Positions 25,075 to 26,557 of a stretch of DNA of 26,557 nt are shown one piece after another; within the stretch, counting starts at the first letter, position 1, and the number at the start of each line of letters is the position of its first letter. Origin of the DNA: a bacterium (GTDB lineage: Bacteria; Methylomirabilota; Methylomirabilia; CAVQYV01); assembly GCA_043800755.1 (NCBI GenBank), contig JAZDMQ010000145.1:1-26557 (forward strand), in the 5' to 3' direction. The notes below the pieces were generated by a model. The model was not told the DNA's origin and ran no database searches. It saw only the letters and a program-made list of their open reading frames with translations. Made by a program: the position numbers and the translations under genes.

Positions 25075-26112
25075 CTATTTCTCCGCTTTTTCCGCCAGGG
25101 TCTTATCCAATATCTTTATTTTTGCCTTCTTCTCGAGCTCTTGCATATAAGCGTTCACTGCTTCCCAGGTCTTCTTGTCCTTCAACTCATTCTCCATTTG
25201 CCCTCGCACTTCCTCCAGCGGCCAAGTGCCGGCAGGCTTCTTTCCATAGACCTGGATCAGGTGATAGCCAAACTGGGTCTCGACGATCTCGCTCAGCTCG
25301 CCCTCTTTGAGGGAAAAGGCCGCTTTCTCAAACTCGGGCGCCATCACCCCCTTGGGAAAATACCCCAAGTCTCCGCCCCGCTCCTTGCTGGGACAGTCCG
25401 AGTTCTCCTTGGCCAGTTGGGCGAAGTCTTTGCCCTCCGTAAGCTCCTTCCGCAGCGAGGCAATCTTTTCCTGGGCGGTCTTCTTCTGCTCTTCGGTTGC
25501 CCCCTGGGGGACCCTGACCAGGATGTGGCGCGCCCCAACCAGCTCCTCGTGTTTGAGCTGATCCTGGCTGGCCTGGTAGAAGGCCTGGATATCCTCCTCG
25601 GTCACCTTCACCTTGGGAGCGATCCTCTTCTCCACCTCGGCCTGGACCAGGAGGTTCCTCCTGATGTTCTTGCGAATCCGCTCCATGGTCAGCCCTTCCT
25701 GCTTCAGTTGTTCTTGCAGCTTCTCTGGGGACCCCGCTCGTTTTTCTGCCTCCGCGATCATCTGGTCGACCTGCTTTTCGATGTCCTTGATCCCCAGTGA
25801 CAGACTGTCCTGGTAAAGTAGCTCAAAGCCGATGAGCTGCTGCAGGGCCATCTTGCGCAGCCCGGGGGCCTTCTCGGGAGACTGCTCGGTTTTGCCTGTA
25901 TTCCTCAGCAAGGCCTCCATCCCGATCTTAAGGTCGCTCTCGCAGATCCTGGCCCCATTGACCGTGGCGATCGTAGGGTCGGCTGGGGAAGGGACGGCCT
26001 TGGCGGGCTGACTCGGCTTCGCCTGTTCCGCGACCGCCCCCCAGGGAGCCAAAAACGACGCCGCCAGGATCAGCGCCATGGCAAGCTGTAACATCTGCTG
26101 CTTCCGTCTCAT
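25075..26112 (-). CDS. PpiC-type (parvulin) peptidyl-prolyl isomerase, PrsA/SurA-like foldase
   Basis: GGAGG before ATG 26112. Signal peptide. IATVNG..I, VGARHILV, DFAQLAKENSDCPSKERGGDLGYF, MAPEFEKAAFSL..GELS..VETQFGYHLI. Confidence 0.93.
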   Translation of the reverse strand: MRRKQQMLQLAMALILAASFLAPWGAVAEQAKPSQPAKAVPSPADPTIATVNGARICESDLKIGMEALLRNTGKTEQSPEKAPGLRKMALQQLIGFELLYQDSLSLGIKDIEKQVDQMIAEAEKRAGSPEKLQEQLKQEGLTMERIRKNIRRNLLVQAEVEKRIAPKVKVTEEDIQAFYQASQDQLKHEELVGARHILVRVPQGATEEQKKTAQEKIASLRKELTEGKDFAQLAKENSDCPSKERGGDLGYFPKGVMAPEFEKAAFSLKEGELSEIVETQFGYHLIQVYGKKPAGTWPLEEVRGQMENELKDKKTWEAVNAYMQELEKKAKIKILDKTLAEKAEK

Positions 26113-26380
26113 AAGTCCTCCTGCCTTTTCTCTCTTAAAAAGCCCACAGGGTGGGTGTCTCCTCAATGCCAGGAGATCTTTGGCCTATTCCGCAGCGGAA
26201 TACGGAGGGTATTGGTACTGCTGGCAGCCGATCCTCATGGCCCCGAGGCATGGATGGCCTTCCGGGAAATCGAGGCCTGAGCGATTTGGGGGGGGATAAG
26301 AATCGGCGGCATGGATAGACGCCGCCTGGCAAGTCCCGAGCCCTAAAGGGGCCGCTACCCTCTTCAGATAGTCAATTGTA

Positions 26381-26409
26381 ATCATACAGGCCCTCAGGGC
26401 GGTGGTCAA
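26381..26409 (-). promoter_or_regulatory. sigma70 promoter pointing toward the PPIase gene
   Basis: Minus strand TTGACC (26409-26404), 17 bp spacer, TATGAT (26386-26381). Confidence 0.65.
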
Positions 26410-26429
26410 GCTTTTTGCATATATTTCCT

Positions 26430-26458
26430 TTGCCAAATCGAGGCGGTGCGGCTACAAT
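26430..26458 (+). promoter_or_regulatory. divergent sigma70 promoter
   Basis: TTGCCA (26430-26435), 17 bp spacer, TACAAT (26453-26458). Confidence 0.65.
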
Positions 26459-26524
26459 GTCCGCAACCGTCGGGGATATGCAGCCGAAGATGGGATGCAA
26501 TCCCTTGCACCAAGATGGAGGCCT

Positions 26525-26557
26525 ATGGACCCCGGAAGGCGACTAAAGATCTCCCTC
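26525..26557 (+). CDS. 5' end of a gene running off the window (MDPGRRLKISL...)
   Basis: GGAGG then ATG 26525, downstream of the divergent promoter. Only 11 codons visible. Loosely reminiscent of ion-channel/TrkA-N protein N-termini but not assignable. Confidence 0.45.
   Translation, partial: MDPGRRLKISL

Noticed and set aside
6394..25077. genome-wide TAG recoding or selenocysteine TGA
   Set aside because: Other TAG and TGA stops fall at natural protein ends, and no in-frame TGA occurs at a Cys position in the Mo enzyme or ferredoxin.
26186..26310. c-di-AMP (ydaO) or c-di-GMP riboswitch resemblance (TACGGAGG; GGCTGCC)
   Set aside because: Hallmark GCUGAAU/CAGCUAA and GGCAAA/CGCAAAG elements are absent, and the ydaO-like fragment lies upstream of the plus-strand promoter.
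26185..26436. 83-aa minus-strand ORF MAKEIYAK...
   Set aside because: Runs through both promoters, has no SD and no recognisable family.
26172..26554. 10-bp inverted repeat GGAGATCTTT / AAAGATCTCC as possible MITE ends
   Set aside because: The right copy lies in a likely coding start and the interval holds two good promoters, so probably chance.
1..26557. CRISPR arrays, tRNA/rRNA, integrase or transposase genes; remaining short overlapping ORFs in the track
   Set aside because: No regularly spaced repeats, cloverleaf motifs or recombinase signatures were seen by eye. The other ORFs are alternate-frame or antisense shadows of supported genes.

Overview
Bacterial chromosomal window of about 55-62% GC (estimated by eye). 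Gene content suggests an anaerobic diderm, plausibly Desulfobacterota/deltaproteobacterial (inference). Left to right: (1) an exported DUF3160 protein and a signal-peptide-bearing MEMO1/AmmeMemoRadiSam-B-like protein; (2) an acetylene-hydratase-like Mo/W-bisPGD oxidoreductase, a 4x[4Fe-4S] ferredoxin, a decayed ferredoxin-motif remnant and mobA; (3) a start-less mazF/pemK remnant; (4) a TetR-regulated MFP + HAE1 RND operon with a perfect operator palindrome and no outer-membrane factor; (5) an intergenic region with a GGGGTCAG/CTGACCCC-bounded element and a 55-aa basic protein missed by the ORF track; (6) a UroD/MtaA-like protein and pdxA; (7) a minus-strand cluster of a frameshifted Coq7-like di-iron gene, an exported rubrerythrin and a CsgG-like protein; (8) vanZ-like, a deleted DUF4337 gene, DUF2148 and an MdtA + MdtB/C-like RND pair; (9) a parvulin PPIase with a long hairpin-rich leader and back-to-back sigma70 promoters. 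No rRNA, tRNA, CRISPR array or intact transposase was seen. Best novel-system candidates are the DUF3160 + exported MEMO pair, the His-variant acetylene-hydratase-like enzyme, and the Coq7-like/exported rubrerythrin/CsgG-like cluster. Many small lesions are scattered through the window. All family calls come from motif recognition by eye, not database searches.
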